From Gemmatimonadota bacterium (GTDB lineage Bacteria; Gemmatimonadota; Gemmatimonadetes; Palauibacterales; KS3-K002), in assembly GCA_036475815.1 (NCBI GenBank), contig JAZGAL010000175.1, positions 4,403 through 68,402 on the forward strand: a DNA stretch of 64,000 nucleotides. The letters are read 5' to 3'. The stretch's first letter is position 1. Each line of letters begins with the position of its first letter. The notes under the pieces were generated by a model. That model was not told where the DNA came from. It saw only the letters and a program-made list of their open reading frames with translations, and made no database searches. This document shows positions 35,596-44,239 of the stretch, in pieces. The position numbers were made by a program, and so were the translations under genes.

Positions 35596-36576
35596 ATGCG
35601 AATGGCTGGAATGAGGGACAGGCTCGAATCCGTCGATGCGCATGGGCTTCCGCCCCAGGCAAAGGGTGCCTGCATCACGGTGGGAACGTTTGATGGCGTT
35701 CACCGCGGCCACTGGGTGGTGCTGCAGCGGCTCCATCAGGCGGCGCAGGAAGCAGGCCTGCTCAGCGTGCTCGTGACCTTCGATCCGCACCCTCTGAAGA
35801 TCGTCAGACCGGAGGCGGCGCCGCGCTTGCTGACAACGCCCAACGAGAAGAAGGAGATCCTGACGCTTTCCGGGCTCGATTACGCCATCTTTCTCACCTT
35901 CACTCGGTCGCTCTCGCGCTATCTTCCGGAACAGTTCGTCCGTGAGGTGCTGCTGGCCCGATTCGGGTTGAAGCGACTGGTTGTCGGCTACGACCACGGT
36001 TTCGGCCGGGGACGCAGTGGCAGTGCGGAGACGATGCGCGAGATCGGGGCGCGTTGCGGCTTCGAGGTCGAGGTGGTGGACCCGGTTCTGATGAACGGCG
36101 AGGCGATATCATCCAGTCTCATTCGAGCCGCGTTGCGGGACGGAAGCATGGAGCGGGCGGCCACAGGACTCGGTCGACCTTACTCGCTTACCGGCATCGT
36201 GGTGCATGGCGAGGGGCGTGGCCGCACGCTGGGGTTTGCGACGGCGAACGTCAGCGTTGGCCAGGGCGACAAGATGCTGCCCCGTCAGGGGATCTATGCG
36301 GTGCGAGCGGCGCTGCGGACCCACCAGGGGCCCGGGCTGCTGCACCTGGGCCCGCGGCCCACGTTTAAGGGCTCGCCGCCGTCGGTGGAGCTGCACCTTC
36401 TCGACTTCGACGGCGATCTCTACGGCGAGCTGGTGCGCGTGGAGTTCCTGACCAGGCTGCGGGACGTACAGCCGTTTGGCTCGGCCGCGGAGCTGGTCGA
36501 GCAGATGAGGCGGGACCGGGAGGCGGCTGTGGAGTTCTTCAAGCGAGCGGGAGAGGCGCCTTTACACGAGGGATAA
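35596..36576 (+). CDS. ribF: bifunctional riboflavin kinase / FAD synthetase
   Basis: 326 aa. GTFDGVHRGH in the N-terminal FMN adenylyltransferase domain. GEGRGRTLGFATAN and PTF...VELHLLDF in the kinase domain. Confidence 0.93.
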   Translation: MRMAGMRDRLESVDAHGLPPQAKGACITVGTFDGVHRGHWVVLQRLHQAAQEAGLLSVLVTFDPHPLKIVRPEAAPRLLTTPNEKKEILTLSGLDYAIFLTFTRSLSRYLPEQFVREVLLARFGLKRLVVGYDHGFGRGRSGSAETMREIGARCGFEVEVVDPVLMNGEAISSSLIRAALRDGSMERAATGLGRPYSLTGIVVHGEGRGRTLGFATANVSVGQGDKMLPRQGIYAVRAALRTHQGPGLLHLGPRPTFKGSPPSVELHLLDFDGDLYGELVRVEFLTRLRDVQPFGSAAELVEQMRRDREAAVEFFKRAGEAPLHEG

Positions 36577-36657
36577 GTCGGAATAGCTTTCCCGGTCTAT
36601 CTCGACAGAAAGACAGGCACAGCGGAGCAGGGCGGAAGCCCAGGAATTGGCGACAGA

Positions 36658-36927
36658 ATGGTATCGACGAAGGACGAGCGCGAAGCGCTCATAGCGAAAT
36701 ATCAGGTCCACCCGAGCGACCGAGGTTCCACGGCCGTGCAGGTCGCGCTGCTGACCCAGCGGATCTCGGACCTGACGGGACACTTGCGGGCGAACCCCAA
36801 GGATCATCATAGCCGCCACGGGCTGCTGAAGTGGGTGGGTAAGCGCCGGCGCTTGCTGCGCTACCTCAATCGTTCCAACCCCGAAGCTTACCGGCAGCTA
36901 ACAAGCGACCTTGGCCTGCGAGGATGA
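36658..36927 (+). CDS. rpsO: 30S ribosomal protein S15
   Basis: 89 aa. GSTAVQVALLTQRISDLTGHL...HHSRHGLLKWVGKRRRLLRYL is present. Confidence 0.96.
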   Translation: MVSTKDEREALIAKYQVHPSDRGSTAVQVALLTQRISDLTGHLRANPKDHHSRHGLLKWVGKRRRLLRYLNRSNPEAYRQLTSDLGLRG

Positions 36928-36934
36928 CCATCGA

Positions 36935-36966
36935 GGCCCCGGCAAGACGCGCCGGGGTCTTTCCTT
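36935..36966 (+). terminator. rpsO terminator / pnp leader hairpin
   Basis: GGCCCCGGC (36935-36943), a 7-nt loop and GCCGGGGTC (36951-36959) form 9 bp including one G:U. Followed by TCTTTCCTT. Confidence 0.75.
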
Positions 36967-37004
36967 ACATCTCATCATCAATTGGAGCATTGGTAGCAGA
37001 GACT

Positions 37005-39122
37005 ATGGCAACACTAATCGAACGCAAATTCGCCGGTCGGAACTTGAAGATGGAGACCGGCCGCATGGCGCGACAGGCAGACGGAGCTGTCCTGGTGCAA
37101 TTCGGGGAGACCGTGATCCTGGCCACGGTCGTAGCGGGCAACAAGCCGACAAAGCTTCCGTTCTTCCCGCTGACGGTCGAGTACCGGGAGAAGAGCTACG
37201 CGGCGGGCAAGATCCCGGGTGGTTTCTTCAAGCGGGAAGGCCGTCCGGGCGAGAAGGAGATCCTGTCGGCCCGACAGATCGACCGGTCGATCCGGCCGCT
37301 CTTCCCCGAAGGGTTCATGAACGAGCTGCAAGTCGTCATCTATATCCTCTCGGCTGACCAGGAGAACGATGCGGATGTCCTCGGTCTGCTGGGCGCCTCG
37401 GCGGCTCTAAACCTGTCGAGCGTGCCTTTCCCGCACCCGATCGCCGCGGTTCGCGTGGGCAGACTGGACGGTGAGTGGGTGCTCAATCCCACGTTCCAGC
37501 AGCTCGAGTTCTCCGACGTCGATATCGTCGTCGCCGGCTCAGAGAACTCCGTCGTGATGATCGAGGGCGGCGCCCTCGAGATCTCCGAGGAAGAGTTCAT
37601 CTCGGCGCTCGAATTCGCGCAAGAAGGAATCCGCGAGCTCGTGGCCATCCAGAAGGAACTGGTCGAGCCGCTGGCCAAGCCGAAGATGGAATGGACGCCT
37701 CAGGAGATGAACGACGAGCTGGTCGCGCGGGTGAACGACCTGGCCGCCAGGCGCGTCGACGAAGCGCTCAATCTGCCGAACAAGGAAGAGCGCAATGCGG
37801 CGCTCTCGGAGCTGCGCCGGGACATCATCGGCGAAGTCGCCGACCCGTTCAAGGACCAGATCGAGAACTACGAGGAGCAGGTCAACAAGGTCATCGACCG
37901 GATCGAGTACGAGACCCTGCGGGGGCAGATCATCAATAAGGGCGAGCGCGTCGATGGCCGCGCGCCCGACGAGATCCGTCCCATCAGTTGTGAAGTGGGC
38001 TTGCTGCCGCGCACCCACGGTTCGGCGCTGTTCACGCGTGGTAGCACGCAGGCTCTGGCGGTTGTGACTCTGGGTACGAGTCGGGACGAGCAGCGGGTCG
38101 ACACGATCGACGTTTCGCAGGAGACCTCCAAGTCGTTCATGCTTCATTACAATTTCCCGCCGTTCTCGGTGGGCGAAGTGCGGCAGTTCCGGGGGGTTAC
38201 CAGACGTGAAGTCGGGCACGGCGTTCTCGCTGAGCGTGCGCTGCAGCCGCTGCTGCCACCTTACGAGGAGTTTCCTTACACGATCCGCATCGTGAGTGAC
38301 ATCCTGGAGTCGAACGGCTCGTCGTCGATGGCGACGGTCTGCGGTGGATCGCTGGCCCTGATGCAAGCGGGCGTTCCGGTTCGCGCGGCGTGCGCCGGCA
38401 TCGCGATGGGCCTGGTCAAGGAAGGCGATAAAGTCGTCATCCTCACGGACATCATGGGCATCGAGGATCACCTTGGCGATATGGACTTCAAGGTGGCCGG
38501 GACCCGCAAAGGCATCACTTCGATCCAGATGGATATCAAGATCGAAGGTCTTTCCATGGAGCTCATGCGTGAAGCGATGCGACGCGCCAATGATGCGCGC
38601 ATGAAGATTCTCGAAGTCATGGCCAGCACGCTGGCCGAGCCGCGTTCCACCCTGTCGCCCCTGGCGCCTCGAATCATCACCCTGCAGGTGAACCCCGACA
38701 AGATCGGTGAGGTTATCGGTCCCAAGGGCAAGACGATCCGTGGCATCGAGGAGGAGACGGGCGCTGAACTCAATATCGAGGATAGCGGCTTGATCACGAT
38801 CTCGTCCGTTAGCGGTGAGGCGGGAGAGCGGGCGCGCGAGATAGTCGAGTCGATCGTTCAGGAGCCGGAGATCGGCAAGATCTACGAGGGTGTGGTCAAG
38901 AACACGACGTCGTTTGGGGCGTTTGTTGAGATTATGCCCGGTAAAGAGGCGCTTTGTCACATTTCGGAGCTCGAAGAGGGACGCGTCGAGAAGACCGAAG
39001 ACGTGGTGAAGCGTGGCGACATCGTCAGGGTCAAGCTGATCTCGGTCGACGATCGCGGCCGCATGCGTCTGTCCCGCAAGGCCGCCATGGCTGCGGAAGC
39101 GGAACCTGCCAAGTCGTCGTGA
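37005..39122 (+). CDS. pnp: polyribonucleotide nucleotidyltransferase (PNPase)
   Basis: Start placed at ATG 37005 (MATLIERKFAGRNLKMETGRMARQADGAV), downstream of the rpsO terminator. Two RNase PH domains, KH and S1 (GKIYEGVVKNTTSFGAFVEI) are present. The track ORF from 36924 would overlap rpsO and the terminator. Confidence 0.97.
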   Translation: MATLIERKFAGRNLKMETGRMARQADGAVLVQFGETVILATVVAGNKPTKLPFFPLTVEYREKSYAAGKIPGGFFKREGRPGEKEILSARQIDRSIRPLFPEGFMNELQVVIYILSADQENDADVLGLLGASAALNLSSVPFPHPIAAVRVGRLDGEWVLNPTFQQLEFSDVDIVVAGSENSVVMIEGGALEISEEEFISALEFAQEGIRELVAIQKELVEPLAKPKMEWTPQEMNDELVARVNDLAARRVDEALNLPNKEERNAALSELRRDIIGEVADPFKDQIENYEEQVNKVIDRIEYETLRGQIINKGERVDGRAPDEIRPISCEVGLLPRTHGSALFTRGSTQALAVVTLGTSRDEQRVDTIDVSQETSKSFMLHYNFPPFSVGEVRQFRGVTRREVGHGVLAERALQPLLPPYEEFPYTIRIVSDILESNGSSSMATVCGGSLALMQAGVPVRAACAGIAMGLVKEGDKVVILTDIMGIEDHLGDMDFKVAGTRKGITSIQMDIKIEGLSMELMREAMRRANDARMKILEVMASTLAEPRSTLSPLAPRIITLQVNPDKIGEVIGPKGKTIRGIEEETGAELNIEDSGLITISSVSGEAGERAREIVESIVQEPEIGKIYEGVVKNTTSFGAFVEIMPGKEALCHISELEEGRVEKTEDVVKRGDIVRVKLISVDDRGRMRLSRKAAMAAEAEPAKSS

Positions 39123-39145
39123 GAAAGCCGTGTTGCGTGAATCAT

Positions 39146-39179
39146 AGCCTGTCCCGTAGCCTACGGGGCAGGCTTTTTT
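39146..39179 (+). terminator. strong intrinsic terminator after pnp
   Basis: AGCCTGTCCCG (39146-39156) pairs with CGGGGCAGGCT (39164-39174) as 11 bp with one G:U. Followed by a run of T to 39179. Confidence 0.85.
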
Positions 39180-39209
39180 GTCCGCAGTCGGATTGAGCCG
39201 GGGTTCCTG

Positions 39210-40490
39210 ATGGGATCACATGCTCCCACCACGGTACAGCTCGACGAACGGGCCTGGATGACCGAGCTCGATGGTGGGCCGATCGTCCTCTCCGAGACGA
39301 TCCCCACCGTGCGCTCGGTAGCGACCGGCATCTGGGTGCGCTGGGGCTCGAGTCACGACCCTGTGGACCGGATGGGCGCTTCCCACCTCTTGGAGCACAT
39401 GATCTTCAAGGGGACCCAGCGGCGTTCCGCGCACGAAATCGCTCTCGCGATCGAAGGGATCGGCGGTTCGCTCGACGCCTACACGTCACGTGAGCATACC
39501 GCCTGTCACGCGAGAGTGCTCGATGAGCACTTGCCGATCGCAGTGGACATTCTCGCCGACCTAATCTTCAGGCCGTTGCTGAGTGAGAATGATCTCGAGG
39601 TGGAGCGCAGGGTGATTCTCGAGGAGATCGCCGGCATCGAGGACACGCCGGAGGAGCTGGTCTTCGACCTGCATGCCACGGCGCTCTGGGGCGGGCACGC
39701 GTACGGCAACCCGGTCCTGGGCACCGCGGAAACCGTAGGGGCGATCACTCGCGACGATCTCCACGCTCTCTGGCGTGCGTCGTACCGACCAGACGTCTGT
39801 GTTGTGGCCGCCGCCGGGAATCTGGAGCATGAGGACCTGCTGGAGCAGGTGGCACGGCATTTCCCAGAAGATGACGAGGCGGGACTGGCTCCGAACTTGC
39901 AACGCCCGGAAGCTGTGACACCGCGGGAGGAGAAGTTCGAGCGCGACAGCGCGCAGGTGCACATTTGCATGGGCACCCCTACGTTTCCGCGCAGAGACCC
40001 GCGACGCTATGGAGCGATCCTCGTATCGACCGCGCTGGGAGGCGGCATGAGCAGCCGGCTGTTCCAACGGGTGAGGGAGGAGCTGGGGCTTGCATACACA
40101 GTCTACACGTTCCAGTCATTCTACGCCGAGGCCGGCCTTTCGGGGGTCTACATGGCGACCAGACCGGAGACGGCGGACCAGGCGGTCGGTGAGGTCCGCA
40201 GGGAACTGGAGCGGCTTGCAAGTGCAGGCCTGAGCGGTGAGGAGCTGAGCGGCGTCAAGAACCAGACGAAGGGGCAGGTGCTCCTCTCGTTGGAGTCGAC
40301 GTCGGCGCGCCTGCACCGGCTCGCGGGGACGGCGCTGTACGAGGAACCCTATCTGACGCTGGATGAGATTTGTACGCGAATCGACGCGGTCACCGAGGAG
40401 GAGATGGCCGCGCTCTGTCGAGAATACTATGCTCCTGAGCAGCAGACCGTCGTCCGTCTGGGCCCCAATCGTGCAGCGCCACAGTCCTAG
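39210..40490 (+). CDS. M16 family (pitrilysin/insulinase-like) zinc peptidase
   Basis: 426 aa. Inverted zinc motif HLLEHMIFKGT (HxxEH) and a downstream E in the EIAGIED region. The position after pnp is common in bacteria. Confidence 0.88.
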   Translation: MGSHAPTTVQLDERAWMTELDGGPIVLSETIPTVRSVATGIWVRWGSSHDPVDRMGASHLLEHMIFKGTQRRSAHEIALAIEGIGGSLDAYTSREHTACHARVLDEHLPIAVDILADLIFRPLLSENDLEVERRVILEEIAGIEDTPEELVFDLHATALWGGHAYGNPVLGTAETVGAITRDDLHALWRASYRPDVCVVAAAGNLEHEDLLEQVARHFPEDDEAGLAPNLQRPEAVTPREEKFERDSAQVHICMGTPTFPRRDPRRYGAILVSTALGGGMSSRLFQRVREELGLAYTVYTFQSFYAEAGLSGVYMATRPETADQAVGEVRRELERLASAGLSGEELSGVKNQTKGQVLLSLESTSARLHRLAGTALYEEPYLTLDEICTRIDAVTEEEMAALCREYYAPEQQTVVRLGPNRAAPQS

Positions 40491-40556
40491 CGGACGCTTC
40501 ATTCTGAATCCCGTGCGGTTAAGACAGTCTGGCCACTAACGAACGAGGCTACAGAG

Positions 40557-41687
40557 ATGATCGTTGGGGTGCCCAAAGAGATCAAACCCGGTGAGAACAG
40601 GATAGCGATGGTACCGGCGGGTGCCGAAGCGCTGGTCCGGCATGGTCACCAGGTGTTGATTGAGACAGGCGCAGGGGTCGGAAGCGGCTTCGAGGATTCG
40701 CTCTACAGTGATGTCGGGGCGACCATCGTAGACTCTGCGGACGCGGTATGGGCGGATTCGGAGATGGTGGTGAAGGTCAAGGAACCGATAGCGGAGGAAT
40801 ACCCGCGCATCAAGCAGGATCATGTGATCTTCACGTATTTCCACTTCGCTGCCTCGAAGGAGCTCACGCTGGCGCTCCTCGACAGCAAAGCCGTCTCCAT
40901 CGCCTATGAGACGGTCCAGCTCCCCACCGGCGAACTCCCGCTGCTGACGCCGATGAGCGAGGTGGCGGGGCGCATGGCGGTCCAGGAGGGCGCGAAGTAC
41001 CTGGAGAAGAACTTCGGGGGACGTGGCATCCTCCTGGGCGGTGTGCCCGGCGTGCCATCGGCAGAGGTGGTGATTCTTGGTGGTGGCGTGGTCGGCACAC
41101 ATGCCGCGAAGATGGCCGCCGGTCTCGGTGCCCGCGTCATCCTGCTCGACATCAATCTCGAGCGGCTCCGCTACCTCGATGATGTGATGCCGGCCAACGT
41201 CGATCTCGTATACTCCAATCGTCCCAACATTCTCGAAGCGATCGTCAGGGCCGATCTGCTGGTCGGGGCGGTTCTGTTGCCCGGCGCCAAGGCGCCCCAC
41301 CTCGTCCTGCGCGATGATCTGAAAGTGATGAAGGACGGGGCTGTCATCGTGGACGTCGCCGTTGACCAGGGCGGCTGCATCGAGACGGCAAGGCCGACGA
41401 CCCACGAGGACCCCGTATACGTCGTCGAGGGCGTCATGCACTACTGCGTGGCCAACATGCCGGGAGGCGTGCCACGTACCTCGACGCTGGCGCTCACTAA
41501 TGCGACCTTCCCCTACACTCTGAGGCTGGCCGATGACGGTTGGGAACGGGCGTGCCGGGAAGATCCGGCGCTGGCGCTGGGCGTGAACATGGTGGACGGC
41601 AAGATAACTTACCAGGGTGTGGCGGACGCGTTCGGGCTGGACCATACACCCGTAGACGAGGTTCTAGGCGCCGCGGCGGGCCGCTGA
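40557..41687 (+). CDS. ald: alanine dehydrogenase
   Basis: 376 aa. [21 protein letters not shown]-terminus, NAD fold [22 protein letters not shown] and [10 protein letters not shown] motif. Confidence 0.95.
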   Translation: MIVGVPKEIKPGENRIAMVPAGAEALVRHGHQVLIETGAGVGSGFEDSLYSDVGATIVDSADAVWADSEMVVKVKEPIAEEYPRIKQDHVIFTYFHFAASKELTLALLDSKAVSIAYETVQLPTGELPLLTPMSEVAGRMAVQEGAKYLEKNFGGRGILLGGVPGVPSAEVVILGGGVVGTHAAKMAAGLGARVILLDINLERLRYLDDVMPANVDLVYSNRPNILEAIVRADLLVGAVLLPGAKAPHLVLRDDLKVMKDGAVIVDVAVDQGGCIETARPTTHEDPVYVVEGVMHYCVANMPGGVPRTSTLALTNATFPYTLRLADDGWERACREDPALALGVNMVDGKITYQGVADAFGLDHTPVDEVLGAAAGR

Positions 41688-41734
41688 CGGCCGGCTCTGA
41701 GCCAGTGCCTTCGGTGCGGTTTTGGTGGGGCGGA

Positions 41735-41764
41735 TTGACCCGGCCTACCCTTCCTATCTAATAT
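41735..41764 (+). promoter_or_regulatory. candidate promoter for the mreBCD-mrdA-rodA operon
   Basis: TTGACC (41735-41740), an 18-nt spacer and TAATAT (41759-41764). It sits in an AT-rich patch ~95 nt upstream of the mreB ATG. Confidence 0.4.
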
Positions 41765-41856
41765 TCGGGCTGGGAAGCTCTGCTCGCCCGGCAGAGAGCA
41801 GGGGTTTGGAGGGTGGTGCCCCCCGCCGCGTACTCGAAGGAGTGTACTTAATCTCA

Positions 41857-42894
41857 ATGGGCTTCAGCTGGTTCAATTCCGGCAGACTGCTCCCAGTCAA
41901 CGATATCGCTGTCGATCTGGGAACGGCGAACACGCTCATCTACGTCAAGGGCGAGGGGATCGTCCTCAACGAGCCATCGGTGGTGGCGATCGAGAAATCG
42001 AACGGCAAGCTGGTGGGCGTGGGCATAGAGGCGAAGAACATGCTCGGCCGCACACCCGGCGGGATCGAGGCAATCAGACCGCTCAAGGACGGCGTGATCG
42101 CCGATGTCGATATCAGCGAGTTGATGCTTCGGCACTTTCTCAAGACCGTGACGGCCAAGCGGGTGTTCCGCTTGAAGCCGCGGGTAGTGATCGGAGTGCC
42201 ATCGGGGATCACGGAGCTCGAGCGCCGGGCCGTACGGGCTGGGGCCCAGGCCGCGGGCGCGAAGGAAGTGTACATGGTGGCCGAGCCGATGGCCGCCGCC
42301 ATCGGTGTCGGACTGCCGGTCGAGATTCCTACGGGCAACATGGTGATCGATATTGGCGGCGGCACGACGGAGATCGCCGTCATCGCCTTGGGCGGAATAG
42401 TGTCGGACACATCGATTCGCGTGGGCGGCGACGAAATCGATGTCGCGATCGTCACCTTCCTGAGAAAGAACTACAATCTCCTCATAGGCGAGCCCACTGC
42501 GGAGGCGATAAAGATACAGATCGGTTCGGCGAGCGCCGTGGGTGAAGAGCGTGAGATGGACGTCAAGGGGAGAGACCTCGTCTCCGGGATACCCAAGACA
42601 GTGCGCATTCACTCGGAGGAAGTCCGCGAGCACATACAGGAGCCGATTCAACAGATCGTCGAGGCGGTACGCCGCGCACTGGAGATCACGCCGCCCGAGC
42701 TCGCCAGCGATATCGTCGATCGTGGTATAGTCATGACAGGCGGTGGATCGCTCATTCGGGGACTCGATCGCCTGCTCGCGGAAGAGACCAATCTGCCTAT
42801 TCATGTGGACGAGGAGCCGCTGACGTGCGTAGTACGTGGCGCCGGGCGTATTCTCGACGATCTGCCGAGATACCGAGGGGTGCTGGCCAGCTGA
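41857..42894 (+). CDS. mreB: rod shape-determining protein MreB
   Basis: Start placed at ATG 41857 (MGFSWF...DIAVDLGTANTLIYVKG), with GAAGGAG upstream. Actin-fold motifs are present (DIGGGTTEIAVI). The track ORF from 41722 is over-extended. Confidence 0.96.
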   Translation: MGFSWFNSGRLLPVNDIAVDLGTANTLIYVKGEGIVLNEPSVVAIEKSNGKLVGVGIEAKNMLGRTPGGIEAIRPLKDGVIADVDISELMLRHFLKTVTAKRVFRLKPRVVIGVPSGITELERRAVRAGAQAAGAKEVYMVAEPMAAAIGVGLPVEIPTGNMVIDIGGGTTEIAVIALGGIVSDTSIRVGGDEIDVAIVTFLRKNYNLLIGEPTAEAIKIQIGSASAVGEEREMDVKGRDLVSGIPKTVRIHSEEVREHIQEPIQQIVEAVRRALEITPPELASDIVDRGIVMTGGGSLIRGLDRLLAEETNLPIHVDEEPLTCVVRGAGRILDDLPRYRGVLAS

Positions 42895-43769
42895 CGCGTC
42901 GGGGCACAGACCCAGAGTCCGGCTTCAAGCGGCTGACTCGCCGCGATCCCCTGCAACTGCTGTTATTGCTCCTGGCTGCGGTCGTGTTGATCACATTGCC
43001 GCACAGGCACCAGCTTATGCTGGCTACGGCCGCGAGGTCGACCGTCCTCTCACCGGTGCTAAGGCTCCAGCGCGGGTTTTCCGACATGCGGCTGATACGC
43101 GGTCGGGTGCAGGATCTTCGCTTCGAGCGCGATTCCCTCAAGGCTCAGCTGCTCGCACTGCAGAACGTTGAGGAAGAGAATCTCAGGCTTCGAGCGCTGG
43201 TCGGACTGACAGAGCGTGGGAAGAATCAATTCGCGCCGGCGAATCTCTTTCCCGCCGGGCGCACCGGCCAGATCGTGGCGCGGTCATTTCGCTTGGACCT
43301 GGGTGCCGATGACGGGGTAAAGCCCGACGCACCGGTCATAGCACCGGAAGGTTTGGTCGGAGTGGTTCGAGTGACTTCGGGAGGACAGGCGTTGGGTGAT
43401 TTCTGGACGCATCCTGAGTTCCGTGTCAGCGCGATGACCACGGACGGCCGCGTGTTCGGGATCATAAGGCCCCTGGGTGAGAGTCCTCTGCTCATGCAGC
43501 TGGACGGCGCTCCCTACCAGTTGGAGCTCGCTGCCGGCACCGAGCTCGTCACGTCGGGAATGGGCGGGGTGTTCCCGCGTGGCATCCCCATCGGCCGCGT
43601 CACGAGGCTTATGAGCGCCGAGGAGGGTTGGGCCAGGAGTTACGAGGTACAGCCGTCAACGTATCCCGAGGCCGCGGTCGAGGTGATGGTACTGATAGAG
43701 CGAGACGAGGCCGGCGACCTGGAAGACGCTTGGAATCAGGCGGCGACTGACAGCCGGCAGGGACAGTGA
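42825..43769 (+). CDS. mreC: rod shape-determining protein MreC
   Basis: An N-terminal TM helix, a coiled coil (QLLALQNVEEENLRLRAL) and a beta-barrel core. The only canonical in-frame start upstream of the TM segment is GTG 42825, which overlaps mreB by 70 nt, so the start is uncertain. Confidence 0.8.
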   Translation: MRSTWRRAYSRRSAEIPRGAGQLTRRGTDPESGFKRLTRRDPLQLLLLLLAAVVLITLPHRHQLMLATAARSTVLSPVLRLQRGFSDMRLIRGRVQDLRFERDSLKAQLLALQNVEEENLRLRALVGLTERGKNQFAPANLFPAGRTGQIVARSFRLDLGADDGVKPDAPVIAPEGLVGVVRVTSGGQALGDFWTHPEFRVSAMTTDGRVFGIIRPLGESPLLMQLDGAPYQLELAAGTELVTSGMGGVFPRGIPIGRVTRLMSAEEGWARSYEVQPSTYPEAAVEVMVLIERDEAGDLEDAWNQAATDSRQGQ

Positions 43770-44239
43770 TCGACCGAGCGCACAACCGGATTGGTCTCGC
43801 TTTCACCGTACTGGTCCTCACGTTCCTGCACTTCGCGCTGGACCCGCTCTTCGATTCGTGGTACTTCAGTCCGAACCTGCTGGTCTGTGCGGTGTTGATT
43901 TCGGCTCGCGAGCTGAGACCGGGGGCGGCCGCAATGGTTGGGTTCGCGCTCGGCTTGCTCGAGGATGCAATGGCGGTCAGCTATTTCGGTATGGCGACCT
44001 TGCTGCTGGTGCTGATCGCCTTTCTGGGATCATTGACGCGGGATCTGTTTCTGGGCGAGGAGCGCCTGTTCATGGGCACCTACCTGTTCGTAGGCACATG
44101 GGTTTATGAGACTGTTAGCTATCTGCTCATGGGTGCTGGTGGAGATCCGGTGGCCTTTATCTTGCTGAAGGCGCCGCTGGATGCTGTTGCCACCGGAGCA
44201 GTTGGCTATCTTGCGCTTCCCCTGGTGAGGGCCCGGTGA
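43766..44239 (+). CDS. mreD: rod shape-determining protein MreD
   Basis: 157 aa multi-TM protein, translationally coupled (GTGA) between mreC and mrdA. Confidence 0.7.
   Translation: MIDRAHNRIGLAFTVLVLTFLHFALDPLFDSWYFSPNLLVCAVLISARELRPGAAAMVGFALGLLEDAMAVSYFGMATLLLVLIAFLGSLTRDLFLGEERLFMGTYLFVGTWVYETVSYLLMGAGGDPVAFILLKAPLDAVATGAVGYLALPLVRAR

Noticed and set aside
41688-41734. Possible terminator after ald (ccagtgccttcggtgcggtttt)
   Set aside because: Attempted pairing gives only 3-4 contiguous pairs with mismatches despite the TTTT run. It is not convincing.
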